Shown: positions 11,532-24,668, counted from the first letter of the whole stretch. The stretch: DNA of 62,569 nucleotides, filler included, from Asterionella formosa (GCA_002256025.1; 28 parts of 28 records of this genome joined end to end with filler, not necessarily neighbours in it), one strand, 5' to 3'. Notes: generated by a model from the letters alone, not told the origin. A program made the numbers and translations.

Positions 11532-13030
11532 GCGGCGAGCTGCACCAACTGGGCGTGGCCGCGCTGGGCCGCGCGCTGGCCGACAAGTCGGTCTCCAGCG
11601 CAGAAGTCACCGCGCACCTGCTGGGCCGGATCGGTGCGCAGCAGGCGTTGGGCGCCTTCCTTCAGGTGGATGCCGAAGGCGCCGTCGCAGCTGCCAAGGC
11701 GGCCGACGCCCGCCGCGCCGCCGGTGAGGCCGCGCCGCTGCTGGGCGTGCCCATCGCGCACAAGGACATCTTCGTCACCACCGCGCTGCCCACCACCGCC
11801 GGCAGCAAGATGCTGGCGGGCTACCGCAGCCCGTTTGACGCCACCGTGGTGGCGCGGCTCGGTGCGGCCGGTGCCCTCAGCCTGGGCAAGCTCAACTGCG
11901 ACGAGTTCGCCATGGGCTCGGCCAACGAGAACTCGGCGTACTTCCCCGCCCACAACCCCTGGGATGCGGCCCGCGTGCCCGGCGGCTCGTCGGGCGGCTC
12001 TGCGGCGGCGGTGGCCGCGCGCCTGCTGCCGGCCGCCACCGGCACCGACACCGGTGGCTCGATCCGCCAGCCGGCCAGCTTCACCGGCATCACCGGCATC
12101 AAGCCGACCTATGGCGTGTGCAGCCGCTACGGCATGATCGCCTTCGCCTCCAGCCTCGACCAGGCCGGCCCGATGGCGCGCAGCGCCGAGGACTGCGCGC
12201 TGCTGCTGTCGGCCATGAGTGGCTTTGACCCGCTGGACGCCACCAGCGCCCAGCGCCCGGCGCAGGACTTCCATGCCCAGATGCTGGCCGCCCGCCCCGG
12301 CGCCAGCGCCGCCAAACCGCTGCAAGGCCTGCGCGTGGGCCTGCCCAAGGAGTTCTTCCCCGCCGGCCTGAGCGCCGACGTGGACGCCGCCGTGCGCGGC
12401 GCGCTGGCCGAGCTGGAGAAGCTGGGCGCCACGCTGGTGCCGGTGAGCCTGCCGCGCACCGAGCTGTCGATTCCGGTGTACTACATCATCGCCCCGGCCG
12501 AGGCCAGCTCCAACCTGAGCCGCTTCGACGGCGTCAAGTTCGGCCACCGCGCGGCCCAGTACACCGACCTGCTGGACATGTACAAGAAGACCCGCGCCGA
12601 AGGCTTTGGCGCCGAGGTCAAGCGCCGCATCATGATCGGCACCTATGTGCTCAGCCACGGCTACTACGACGCCTACTACCTGCAGGCACAAAAGCTGCGC
12701 CGCATGATCGCCGACGACTTCCAGGCCTGCTTCACGCAGTGCGATGTGATCGCCGGCCCGGTGGCGCCCAGCGTGGCCTGGAAGTTGGGCGAGCAGGGCG
12801 ACGACCCGGTGGCCGCCTACCTGGCCGACATCTTCACCCTGCCCGCCAGCCTGGCCGGCCTGCCCGGCATGAGCGTGCCCGCCGGCCTGTCCTACAAGGA
12901 AAGCGCCAACGGCCTGCCCGTGGGCCTGCAGCTGATCGGCAACTACTTTGCCGAAGGCCAGCTGCTGCACACGGCGCACGCGCTGCAACAGGCCACCGAC
13001 TGGCACCTGCAGGCACCGGCCGGGATCTGA
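11528..13030 (+). CDS. gatA: Asp/Glu-tRNA amidotransferase subunit A (bacterial)
   Basis: Amidase signature [44 protein letters not shown] overlap with gatC. Confidence 0.98.
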   Translation: MSGELHQLGVAALGRALADKSVSSAEVTAHLLGRIGAQQALGAFLQVDAEGAVAAAKAADARRAAGEAAPLLGVPIAHKDIFVTTALPTTAGSKMLAGYRSPFDATVVARLGAAGALSLGKLNCDEFAMGSANENSAYFPAHNPWDAARVPGGSSGGSAAAVAARLLPAATGTDTGGSIRQPASFTGITGIKPTYGVCSRYGMIAFASSLDQAGPMARSAEDCALLLSAMSGFDPLDATSAQRPAQDFHAQMLAARPGASAAKPLQGLRVGLPKEFFPAGLSADVDAAVRGALAELEKLGATLVPVSLPRTELSIPVYYIIAPAEASSNLSRFDGVKFGHRAAQYTDLLDMYKKTRAEGFGAEVKRRIMIGTYVLSHGYYDAYYLQAQKLRRMIADDFQACFTQCDVIAGPVAPSVAWKLGEQGDDPVAAYLADIFTLPASLAGLPGMSVPAGLSYKESANGLPVGLQLIGNYFAEGQLLHTAHALQQATDWHLQAPAGI

Positions 13031-13037
13031 CACCACC

Positions 13038-13365
13038 ATGAGCGCACCCCAACTGATCCGCGGCTTCGAAGTCGTCATCGGCATCGAAACCCACGCCCAG
13101 CTGTCCACCGTCAGCAAGATCTTCTCGGGCGCCAGCACCGCCTTTGGCGCGGCGCCCAACACCCAGGCCTGCGCGGTGGACCTGGCCCTGCCCGGCACGC
13201 TGCCGGTGATGAACCGCGCCGCCGTGGACCGGGCCATCCGCCTGGGGCTGGCGGTGGGCGCCAAGGTGGCGCCGCTGTCGATCTTTGCCCGCAAGAACTA
13301 CTTCTACCCCGACCTGCCCAAGGGCTACCAGATCAGCCAGTACGAGATCCCGGTGGTGCAGGGCG
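13038..13365 (+). CDS. gatB: Asp/Glu-tRNA amidotransferase subunit B, 5' part (bacterial)
   Basis: [43 protein letters not shown]. Confidence 0.97.
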
Positions 13366-14254
13366 NNNNNNNNNNNNNNNNNNNNNNNNNNNNNNNNNNN
13401 NNNNNNNNNTTAATTAATTAANNNNNNNNNNNNNNNNNNNNNNNNNNNNNNNNNNNNNNNNNNNNGGGTGGAATAGTAGTTGTTGTGGAGTATCTGCTAG
13501 CTGGTATGGGACTCCAAACTGGTAGTGGAGGTTTGCCAAGGCTTGCTGGTACGCTATTTTGTGGTGGTCATCATGGTTTGCGGTATGATAAGAATTGTTG
13601 ACTTGGGGATTTGGGGGGATCATGGGTATTCCAGAGAGCCTCGGGGGTTGTTGGTGTTGGTCTCGGTGTAATGTAATGGTTGTGGGTAGTTTCGTTGCTG
13701 GGAGATGTGGTTGGAAGGGTGGAGTTGGTGTGTTGGAGTGACTGTTGGGGGAGGTGCTGGTGGTGTGGTGTATGTGTTTGCTGTTGGATAGGATATTAGG
13801 TACGGGAATCCTTGTCCTGTGTTGAAAAGGTGGATCTTCCTGCACCAATTTTTGGGTTGGGGTTGCTGGTGTTTGGTAGGTCCGTTGGGATGAATATGGG
13901 TCAACCGGTGCTGGGTTGTGGCCAGTGTATTCCACAATATCGTCCTCCGGGTCAGAAATTACGGAATCTAATGTGTCAGTTTGGAATGTGAACTGGTTGG
14001 GGGGTGCGAGATGTGGCAGTGGAGGTAGACTGAGAATCTTTTTTCTTGGGATTGGTGGTGTGAGGAGTGGCAACATTGTTGGTGTGGTGGTTGGTGGATG
14101 GGGTGCTGTATCCTCGTCTCCAGCTCCTGTTGCATTGAGATTGTCTGGGTTGGTTGTTTTGGTGCTGGGGTAGCATAATATTTTAGAAAAGTAGCATAAA
14201 TAAGTCACTTTAGACATAAATTCGAAAAAGTGCCGTAAACGGTGTCTTAGATGT

Positions 14255-15058
14255 TCATGCTCCTCCAATACACAGCCAGGGCAGCTGCCACCTTGGCATC
14301 AGGATATGGAGAAGGAGATCAACATCAAGAATGTAAGTTTCTACTTGCTTTGTGTGCCGTTTCCAGCAAGTGCGGAAAACTATATCATCGCGGGAGCATC
14401 CATTCCTTCATGCACGGTGGGCTGGGTTGAGGGATATTTGCGAAGGCTGTGTGTTCCAATTAATTCAATGATGCCAAGCTTGTTGAACTCACTAACTGAC
14501 CAAACTTCATCATGCAGGATATGGTATGCCTTATTTTTTGCATTCCGACGAGTAAGAAAAATCGGTGGCTTCCATGAGGAAAAACCCAGTCATTCTCCGG
14601 TCCAGTGAGCTGCCATCGGAGCGACATTCCTTCTGTCTCCAGGTGAATTGCCAAGTTAAAGTAGTACACAATACTGTGGCTCGCTTCATTGCACCCATGA
14701 GGAATTGATCTGGTGCATCCCTCTCATGATCCTTGCTTGACATTCTTGGACCAACACAGCTTGATGTCTGCTAGCTGCTCTAGACTAAACTCATAGTCAG
14801 TAGCATATTCTATCCCATGCATCTTTGTAGTTCGCTCATCATAGCCAATAGAATCCTCCTGTGCGTGTATCGATGGCATTGCAAAAGTTGGTTCATTCTT
14901 ATCAACATGGTCTAGATTTGTATTGCTTTAATTTAAACTAGATATATATGATGTATATGTAGCTATATATCAGTCTATATTACTACCTGTAGTCTATTCA
15001 GGAAGCCTTCTATAAATATTGGTGTGTGGCTGGGGGCAACCATCTGCCGGTATTATGG
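14255..15058 (-). pseudogene. Internally deleted, decayed copy of the CryptonS element at 55973-57322
   Basis: Colinear homology (ERDAPDQFLMGAM; GTHSLRKYPS) with many micro-insertions; homology ends at TATGG. Confidence 0.85.
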
Positions 15059-15707
15059 TATCTGGTACCAGTCAAAAACTGCTTAAGACCACTATGAACT
15101 GCTTAGACCACTATAACGGGGTAATCTTACTTTTTGTACTACAAATTTTTTCAATTTTACCAATACGACAATATTTACTATGAACAAGTCATTTGTTTCA
15201 CGCATCTACATATAGGATGTCTTGACGCCCGATCGATGTTGTGTTCCAGTTGTTGAGATAAACGACCACGAAAATGTTGAGTGAGGCACATCGGAAGAAA
15301 ATAAAATTACCTCGTTTAGCTGGGCCGACATTTTATCTTCATATACGATATTCGCTAAAGTTTTATACTCCAAATTAATATAGCTTCCTTTAACGCTTTT
15401 CTTCCGGTGGATATTACTATGGCGCGATTGTGTGCAACATCCCAATCCAAACATGCACGATAGTTCGCACCATAGAAATTGAGTGATTTTGTACTGTCAA
15501 CATATGTACCGATATGCATCCTGAAATGCTCTTGAGACAATCAAAAAATACCACATCTATTTTCATATTTTCGGATCTTTCTACCGGTACTTACCGGTAG
15601 TACTATTNNNNNNNNNNNNNNNNNNNNNNNNNNNNNNNNNNNNNNNNNNNNTTAATTAATTAANNNNNNNNNNNNNNNNNNNNNNNNNNNNNNNNNNNNN
15701 NNNNNNN

Positions 15708-17431
15708 TCATCAAACTTGTCCATTTGGATTTCCCTACTCACACGGAACTCTGGGATACTGAGAGTGGCCTCCATATTCTTGCTGACAGCCCGTTGCATT
15801 CCTGTGAATGGGACAAATCCATCGGGCATCTCAACAGCAGCAGCAGCACCACTGACTGGAGCCTTTTTGCGTTCCACCTTTTTCTCACCGTTGGCAATCA
15901 TGACATCGTCCAACGTCACTCTACCAAATTGCCCTGTTCCTGTAATAGTTGCTAAATCAATCTTAGACTTTTTGGCAAGCGCTCGAGCTGTGGGGGTCGC
16001 AGCAATTACGCCAGCAGCTGGAGTCCATGCCTTTGTGATTGTAGTAGCCGCAGCAGCCTTGGTGGAGGACGCGCCTGATTTCGGTGCTGACGACGCAAAG
16101 CTTTCCACATCGGACGCTGTCACACGTCCATTTGGACCAGTTCCAACAACCGCGGAAAGATCAATTCCCAATTCATCAGCTCGTTTCTTGGCGAAAGGTG
16201 ACGCCACAATACGGTCACCACCATTAGCAGGAGTTGCAGTTTTGGGTGTTGGGGTTGCCTTGGCAGCAGCAGCAACAGCAGGAGGTGCCATTGCTGCTGC
16301 AGGGGGAGGGTTTCCTGAAAGGGTCGCTGCATAGGCTTGGAGTGCTGGAATGTCCGCCTCGTTCATTGCAATCAATGCCACTGGAGCGCCAACTGCTCCA
16401 CTCTCTCCTTCTTGGGTAATAATGGCCGCTAAGAATCCATCGTCAAAGGCTTCGACATCCATGTCCGCCTTGTCTGACTCCACCACCATGATGGCTTCAC
16501 CCGATGATATGGCGTCACCTTCTGCCTTGAGCCACGACACAACCTTTCCTTCCTTCATGGTGGAAGAAAGGGCCGGCATATCGATTTGCGAAAATTCACA
16601 ATCTGGGGCAGCACCTATAGGAAGAGTCACGATGGGATCAGTCGTTGTTGAGTAGGACATAATATCGGCTTGGTTTGTAACAAGGGTAGCAAGAGTCTCT
16701 CCGACTATAGCTGTCTCGCCTGCTTGCTTGAATATGGCAGCCAGATAGCCGTCCTCGAAGGCTTCTACATCCATATCCGCCTTGTCAGATTCAACCACCA
16801 TAATGGCTTCCCCGGCTTGAACATAGTCGCCCACATTTTTCAGCCACTCCACGACTTTTCCCTCACTCATAGTAGAGGATAGGGCTGGCATGAATATATC
16901 CATGGTTGTAGACTCACCTCCTGTTGTTGCTGCTGCTGTAGTAGTCTCCGCCGCTACTGGCGCAGCACTAACTGCTCCTCCGCCCCCTTGTTGCTGTGCT
17001 TCATAGGCCGCAATGACAGTAGGAATTTCTGATTCCATGGCAGCAATCAGTGCCACCACTTGTCCCACAGGAGCCATATCTCCTTCTTGAGTCAAAATCT
17101 TGGCAAGGAATCCTTCTTCAAAGGCTTCGACATCCATGTCTGCCTTGTCCGATTCCACCACCATGATGGCTTCACCAGCATCAATGGCGTCACCTTCCGA
17201 TTTGAGCCAGGACACGACACGCCCTTCTTTCATAGTAGACGATAGAGCTGGCATGGTGATGGGTTCCGCCATGAGGACAACGTGATGATTGTTCTTTGCA
17301 CGGGAAGCAAATCGAAGTGTCGTTGTCGTTGGGACAAGGCCAAAGCAGTTCGCCACTGGAGCCGATGCCAAGACAAACAGGAGAGCTGATGCGGCAAGCC
17401 CGCGAGTACTACGGAGCGTCGCAGTCGTCAT
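15708..17431 (-). CDS. Plastid pyruvate dehydrogenase E2 (dihydrolipoamide acetyltransferase), 3' truncated
   Basis: Signal peptide ending ANC-F; three MPALSSTM..VESDKADMDVE lipoyl domains; two ASP/ATP..GTG..GRVT PSBDs; start of catalytic domain PFTGMQRAVSKNM. Confidence 0.93.
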
Positions 17432-17948
17432 GGTGTGTGGGTGTATGGGTATGTGTGTGTTGCAATTCAAACAATCCTGCACCTAAACAATGCCATATGC
17501 ATATGCATAGAGTGAGTGAGTGAGTGACGAGCGAGAGAGTGAATGATCATTAGTACCGGTAGGTGATTGATGTCATAAAACGAGAAATCCAACATCCAGC
17601 ATACCCGGTACCAGGTAGTAGTATCCCATGAAGATAAATATACAGCGCACACACAAGCACGACAAAATCAAAGGATGATGTCGCCAAGTGCGTGTTGGCT
17701 GGCTGGAGGAAATACATCCTGGTACCACTGCCTGTACGATCTATTGTAGACTATTACTGGTACCTTCTAGCCTGTGGACGGTACGGTAATCTGGAGATTT
17801 AGCTTCATCTTTCCTTAAGTAAAACCGTGTTTTACCTGACCTTCCTTCNNNNNNNNNNNNNNNNNNNNNNNNNNNNNNNNNNNNNNNNNNNNTTAATTAA
17901 TTAANNNNNNNNNNNNNNNNNNNNNNNNNNNNNNNNNNNNNNNNNNNN

Positions 17949-18752
17949 TTTTACATATATGATAGTTTTTCGATCAAAAATATGATCAATGTATCATATA
18001 GTTATGATCATGCAGTAAACTTTTACCGAGCTTGAAGTATGATGATACTATCATAGTTATAATACCATTGCATCATAAAATTAGTTAATCATGGTCAAAT
18101 GATGTGTATATTTTTGTCATTCATCTATCTTAGCATGATCATAATTCTCATCGATATCTCTGTCTAAAATAGGATGAAATTGATCGAAATTTACAACTAT
18201 ATTTAAGAATGATTTTATGTTGCTTTCTATATCTTGAGTGGCTACAGAATGTTCTACAATGCTCTCAACGCAATGATAGGTGCTTCAGCTTTCACTTTCA
18301 CTTCCACCTTCCCCCCAATCCAATTCTGAAGGTTGTTGTACTGGTCGCCATTCCCTACATTTATGATAGTTTTTCGATCAAAATTATGATCAATGTATCA
18401 AATAATTATGATCATGCAGTAAACTTTTACCAAGCTTGAAGTATGATGATACTTTCAAAGTTATAGTTATAATACCATTGCATCATATAATTAGTTAAAT
18501 ATGGTCATATGATGTGTATACTTTTGTCATACATCTATCTTAGCATGATCGTAATTCTCATCGATATCACTGTCTAAAATAGGATGAAATTGATCGAAAT
18601 TTAGAACTATATTTAAGAATGGTTTTATGTTTCTATATCTTGAGTGGCTACAGAATGTTCTACAATGCTCTCAACGCAATGATTGGTGCTTCAGCTTTCA
18701 CTTCCACATTCCCCCCAATCCAATTCTGAAGGGTGTTGTACTGGTTGCCATT
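17949..18752. repeat. ~400-bp tandem duplication of an AT/ATGAT-rich repeat
   Basis: ATGATAGTTTTTCGATCAAAA..CCAATTCTGAAGG..GTTGTACTGG occurs twice. Confidence 0.85.
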
Positions 18753-20912
18753 CACTGCCGTTGTTCCCCTGCTTTGTTCCATTTACTCCTGACTGATCTG
18801 AGTTTGCATTCATGCATTTTCCTATTACTATTGAATCCGTTTTGTTGTTCCAATCAGCCATACTAACAAAGAGAAGCAATTCATGATTGTTAGCTGTTCA
18901 TGTTTTGCTTACACAACAACATGCATTTCGCTTCTATCTTCACTTACCACAAATTGAGGAAGTAACTGATGCATATTTCTGCAAAATAATGTATTTGTTG
19001 AATATTGAATAAGAAAGTATCGATCAATAAATGGGCTCCAACACTGCTGTTTGTAACTTACAAATACTGATTGTCTACCATTAGCCTGAAAGAAGCAACA
19101 CACATGTGTCAGTTTTTCTTACAGTTGTTGATTGATCCAAAGATGATAGCACTTACCGATTTCTTTTTTCCGCATTGATGGTTGGCCACCAAATCGAAAA
19201 GGACCTATTGAATCACTGAAAGGGGACGAGTCATTCCGTATTTTGAATCCCAACAATTGATCATCCTGCTGGCATTTGCGCTTGACAAACCGTGATACTA
19301 TGCACAGTTTGTTGATTCCGCTCTTCTCCATCATATTCACTTCTTCTTACTAGCAGCATGGTGTATCATCGTGCTGTATTGTCACTTCAGTTTTTCGCAT
19401 CATGTGTTACTTGAGATCCTTCTTCATTTAAGGAAGTGGATGCATGATAAGGAACATGAAAGGCATTTGCTCTTGACTTACCATCAATTGATTCCGCCCT
19501 TCTCTTCAAAGCCGCAAGTTTTGTTTTATTATCACTTTCGTTTTCCGCGCCATCATGTGTGATGATCCTTCATTTCAGGAGCAAAGTGTATGCATGACAA
19601 GGAACATGAAAACATGATTTCAAATGTTTCAGCCATGAATACTACATATATATAAAGATTTGTAAGTTTAAATGTACTATACACAGTTGAACATTTTTTG
19701 CATAGTTTTAAACACGCTCATTATATGGCACATCCTGTGTATACTAGCTAATATCAATTTTGAATATACATAATTCAAATATATACAATGCATGATGAGT
19801 TCATAGTTTTCCACGACCTGTTGAGTTTTTTCAATTTGTTTTGTGTCAATTCTTGTGCCTACCAGTCAGTGGCTGACTTAATTAAGCCTCTTAATAAACG
19901 GGAGTCATCACCAATTCTTCAAATGGTCGAAATCATACATTTATGCAAATAGACATATTGACCAAAATTCAAATGGCCTACCGGTAGTACTGTATACTTG
20001 CTGGGAATTTTTTCTATCATGGAAATACCACAATAGTGCAGCGGAAAACTGAATATGCTCATGTGTTTAGGATCATTTGATCATATTTTNNNNNNNNNNN
20101 NNNNNNNNNNNNNNNNNNNNNNNNNNNNNNNNNTTAATTAATTAANNNNNNNNNNNNNNNNNNNNNNNNNNNNNNNNNNNNNNNNNNNNCTCAGGAGGAC
20201 TTAAGGGGACCAACCAATAGCGTTGAGGGAGAAAGGACTCATTCTCATACGCGTTTATTGATTCTATTTGATTCCTGTATTAGAATTTCTTGGTAGGATA
20301 ATGTACCAGTTCAAGTTTCCATCCGTCATCACTCCGATTTTTGCAACAACAACGAAATACTAGCGATGACAAGCGGAATGAATGTTTGCGAAAACATCTT
20401 CAATGTTTTTGGTCAAGTGATCATTATATCTTCGAGTAATCGTCATGTGCAGTAAACATTTGTTCATAATTATTCAAACAAACACATTCTACTTGTTCTC
20501 GTTGACATTTTCAATTCTCACATGATACTACATCTACTATTGAGATTCAGCATAGAAAGAGATACGAAAATGTGCGTAACAGACTACTGTCCACATAGCT
20601 ATAGCCTAGTTATAGAATGATTCTGATTAGAACGCATTTCATTTTCATATCGCTCACTCGTTTCTGCATTTGGCATACTGTACTTGAAATATCTATTGAA
20701 CTTGTCTGCATCTTTGATATCATCAAGAGAGCGAAAGCAAGTGGCTCTTTTCATTGTTCTTTGCTCGTAGGAAGAATTTGATATCTGTATCGTCATTTGC
20801 TTGTTGGAATTGTCCGTTGCCTCAAACCTGCTCGGCGTGTGCGTACACACACTGTCGACTTGTTTTCATTGATATGTTGTTCTTGTATTCACTGTTGAAC
20901 TTGTCCGCATCT

Positions 20913-21492
20913 TTGTTAACATCAATAGAGCGACAAGTGGGTTTCTTTATTGTTATTTGCTCCTGGAAATGTCGGTGTCCGTGTCATCCTCATCAATAGA
21001 GAGACGTCTTACGATGGAAAAATTGGAACTCATGGTATCATTATTCGCTCGTTGGAACCACTGTCCGTTGCCTCAAAGCTGAATCACGTGTGAGTATGTG
21101 CAATGTGCACTGTCGACTTTTGTACATTACAGGCAGAGTGACTTGTTAGGTACTAAATTGCGTGATTTAATAATATACCCTGTAGCACGATGCAGAATAC
21201 AGTTGCTTCCCAATCATCTCATCATGATTGATAAGATGATACTGTGATATCATGATAGGGTTACATCGATGCATACATCACCAAAGTATGATATGTAATA
21301 ATGAATAAAGTGCATCACATAGCTATGATGCATTGATCATAGAACTGTGATGATATCTTAAAATGTTTATGATGTAATTTTGATCAAAATATGATTATGT
21401 TAAAATAGTACAATGACAATAAAGTACAATAAAATATGTACGCAAGTGTTACCAAGACATCATAGAATATAAATCAAGCAATCATAAAGTAT
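20913..21492. repeat. Dispersed ATCATGAT-rich repeat, second copy at 48341-48941
   Basis: About 580 bp of colinear homology between two contigs. Confidence 0.85.
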
Positions 21493-21881
21493 CGGAGTCT
21501 TACAATCGAAATTGTAGCAACCGTGTTCTTTATGCATATGGTCACTGTCGACATTGCATGCAAGAACATCGAGTTCCTGGAATACATAGTGAAACTATAT
21601 TTTGCGGTAGTGCATCTAATCATTCAAGGAAAGAAGTTAATGATGGCAGTGTAACTGCTGCAGCATTCAGGGAGATTAGACAAGAAGAGATTATGTGTCC
21701 TATCCTTGATTCAAGTGAACACAATCATCCACTTCATGACGACAGCGACGATTCAGTTTATAACAATATTCATTCACAACAGGACGAACAATTGATACTA
21801 AAAGCTCTCCAAGGGTTGAATTCAGAAACCATGCAATAATCAGATTTTCAAGATCGCACCGGCTTTCTCCCCGAAAATGCA

Positions 21882-22329
21882 ATGGAAATGCCCCTTCCTC
21901 CTCAATTTCAACTTCTATGTAAATATTCTCTGAACATGCATCCAATTGAATTAGAACTGATGTTATTCTTCAACGAGAGTTATCTTCCACCAGTTTACTT
22001 CGATCATCTAATGAAATGGCTGTTCAAGGCAAAAGCAATGAAATATTTTGATGGAAGGTATCAAGCTCCATCCTACCAGACTTTGAAAAAACGCATGGAT
22101 ATTTCATTTCCACCAACATTAGCTGGTGGTCAACTGTTGACCAAACAAATAAAGATTGATAACAATTCAAATATGATCATCCCACGCACACTCCGTTATT
22201 TCGAACCAGTACAGCTCATGGCAGGATTGCTACGTGATTCCAATATCATGCAACATTTTGTATGTCACCCACAAGTGAAACTTACAACTTGTGGAGAACG
22301 CATATATGACAAAGTAACTTCTGCGACTT
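21882..22329 (+). mobile_element. Plavaka/CMC(CACTA-related)-like transposase N-terminal fragment
   Basis: FDHLMKW..PSYQTL..FEPVQLMAGLLRD..GERIYDKVTSA resembles the region before the Plavaka core; weak motif recognition only. Confidence 0.45.
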
Positions 22330-22429
22330 NNNNNNNNNNNNNNNNNNNNNNNNNNNNNNNNNNNNNNNNNNNNTTAATTAATTAANNNNNNNNNNNNNNN
22401 NNNNNNNNNNNNNNNNNNNNNNNNNNNNN

Positions 22430-22695
22430 CACTCCAAGAATCCGTACTGTGTATCAGCAAGCTTACTTTGCAAATCTTCAATCCAGCTTCGGACATGATA
22501 AACTCGAGGATATCGCACTCTCGCCCAGCAAAAGACGGAGAAAAGAACAAGAAAGGTAGACCCATAAACTTTGAAAGTGTTTCGAAGGACAACAGAATCA
22601 TTTGCAGTCGATGTACTACCTGTGGCATTAGCATCGACAAGACGGCGTTGGACGATTCCAAGGGTCTCGGTGAACAGGGCTGAGGTAACTTCCAT
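22430..22695 (-). CDS. OSCA/CSC1/TMEM63-like channel, N-terminal fragment
   Basis: Hydrophobic segment STFLVLFSVFCWAR, then YPRVYHVR...GFLEW (RSN1_TM-like pattern). Confidence 0.65.
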
Positions 22696-23156
22696 GATAG
22701 CCTTCGCCGACAAGCTGCGCAGTCAAATGGCCGTATGGAAGCAGTCCAGATGACTTCTTCCAACGGCAAACTGAGGCGGACTGAGAAAAACGAAGCGTAT
22801 CGCCCTTTGTGGCAGTGTTTCTTGCAATCGCAGGGTAATGTCCAGATTTACTTCTTCCTATTACCTATCGCCGTCGAAAATGAGCACTATGTCTGTTGTC
22901 CTCCAGCTCTTTCGTGTACGTCGGTATATCCTGTATGCAGAGGTCTCAGTCTCCTGTATCAGTTGCAGTGTGCACAATTGGGAATTTCGTTCCAAAAGTA
23001 TCACCTCACCTTGCACCTTGTACTCATTTTCAAAAACTTGAACGAGACGCCCTTCACAATCATGCTGATCACGATACAACCAGGATCATGAACATAGTAC
23101 CCTTTGCATACTACCGGTATACCAGGTACCAGGTACCAGGTACCACGTACCAGGTA

Positions 23157-24568
23157 CCACCTAAAACTGAGAGTCATATAAAGTTTACCCCATGTTTCGA
23201 CTTAAACTATTTTAGTCAAATTTCATGGTGACAACAAATCAAGTACATAGCTAAATTTAGAACAGGCTCTCCGCTTTCAATAGGTCTGTTTAATTAGTAG
23301 TGAAGCTTCATAATTCAAGAGATATGAAGTTTTTAAAGTTGATGATTATGGTCGTTTTGTATGACTATCAATACATATTTTTTACTACCTACCTGATGAC
23401 AATTTTATATTCAAATTCTGGTTTCGATTACCCTATTGTTCACTCTAAAGCTTTTTCCTGCCACAATATTATTTGTCCGTTGCATCATCTACCCATTTAT
23501 TATTAATTGTTTTCATTTTTTAAACCTTAAATAATAATGCGTTTGCCTTTTAACTCAAATATTATTTCAGTTTTTGTCTCAATAATCTTACTTTCATTCG
23601 TTTTGATGATGGTTTGATATAGATTTATATAGGGATTATTTACGTTTGTCACTAATTAGTGTTCTGCTTACATCAGGCTACTGGTTTGGTATTACTACTA
23701 TGACAGATGTCAGCCAAGCGAGAATTTTTTGTTTGATTGCTTGTTTGCTTCTCCACCTTCGCCTCCACCTTGCTCCACTTCCACTTCCTTGTTTCATCGC
23801 TTCCTTCATATTCCTCCTCTCAGCCAGCCACCCTTCATATTCTTCCTTGCCCGAAGCATGCAAGGCAGTGCGGCTGGAATGTTAATTTCCCCCTTATGTG
23901 TCAGCACAATTGTCAACTCCAGGCCAAGGGGGGAGAATAGGGGGGATGGTACTCGCAGCAAGAACCACAGCAGTTTTGATCTCTTCTGCTGGCGCCTGCT
24001 GGTCTCCTCGGTGTGAGGTCTCTCCCAAGCGGGTAAGTAGGGCTTGTCTTGTTTGTGGTACCGGGAAATCTCCGTTGCGTCGAAACCATCGCACAAGGAT
24101 CTTAATTTCAGGAACTGACAGCATATGCTCAGGCTTGTTGGCTGCGCGTAGAGCCATAAATTTGTTCCGTAGCTTCATAAATTCATGCTGCCTTTTGTTT
24201 TGACGCTCAGTAACCAGTTCCTCTGCCTTCTCTTTCTCACCAGTGCAGATGCAAGCACATTTGGTCCAAGAGCATGAATGCCAGCAGATGCCAATAGGCC
24301 GGCAGAGATTCTTTTCTTGTGGGAGTCGAGATGGGCTTGGGCAGTTTCCTTGCGTTGACGGGCTTGGGCATCAAGGTCGATTCCATTTCGAGCATCTTCA
24401 CGATTCCTGTATTCAACAACACGGTCAACTAGAGTGCCAGCATATCCATCTGACAGATTTAATTCTTGGGGAGAAGTAGCATTTCCAGTGTTGTTGTTTT
24501 GGGTGCCATTTTTCAATGTTGTCTTTGTAAGTTGGATTTCAGAGTGATTGAGAACATTATAGTTGAGT
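23157..24568 (-). mobile_element. pogo-like (Tc1/mariner superfamily) DNA transposon, 3' half with frameshifted transposase C-terminus
   Basis: TA|CCACCTAAAACTGAGAGTCATA terminus at 23157; minus-strand LNYNVLNHSEI..ELNLSDGYAGTLVD; the same end is at 28770 and 62199, always flanked by TA. Confidence 0.75.
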
Positions 24569-24668
24569 NNNNNNNNNNNNNNNNNNNNNNNNNNNNNNNN
24601 NNNNNNNNNNNNTTAATTAATTAANNNNNNNNNNNNNNNNNNNNNNNNNNNNNNNNNNNNNNNNNNNN

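Noticed and set aside
11168..13294. 708-aa minus-strand ORF
   Set aside because: Antisense shadow of GC-rich gatCAB with no motifs of its own.
13466..14170. Pro/Thr/His-rich minus-strand ORF
   Set aside because: Low complexity, fused to a repeat terminus, with no recognisable domain; possibly a TE ORF1 but not supportable.
11224..17431. Functional clustering of gat, Crypton and PDH genes, or any cross-contig system
   Set aside because: Contig order reflects length sorting only.
23121..23156. (TACCAGG)n as an interstitial telomere repeat or simple microsatellite
   Set aside because: Units vary in length and orientation, and single units appear de novo at TA sites.
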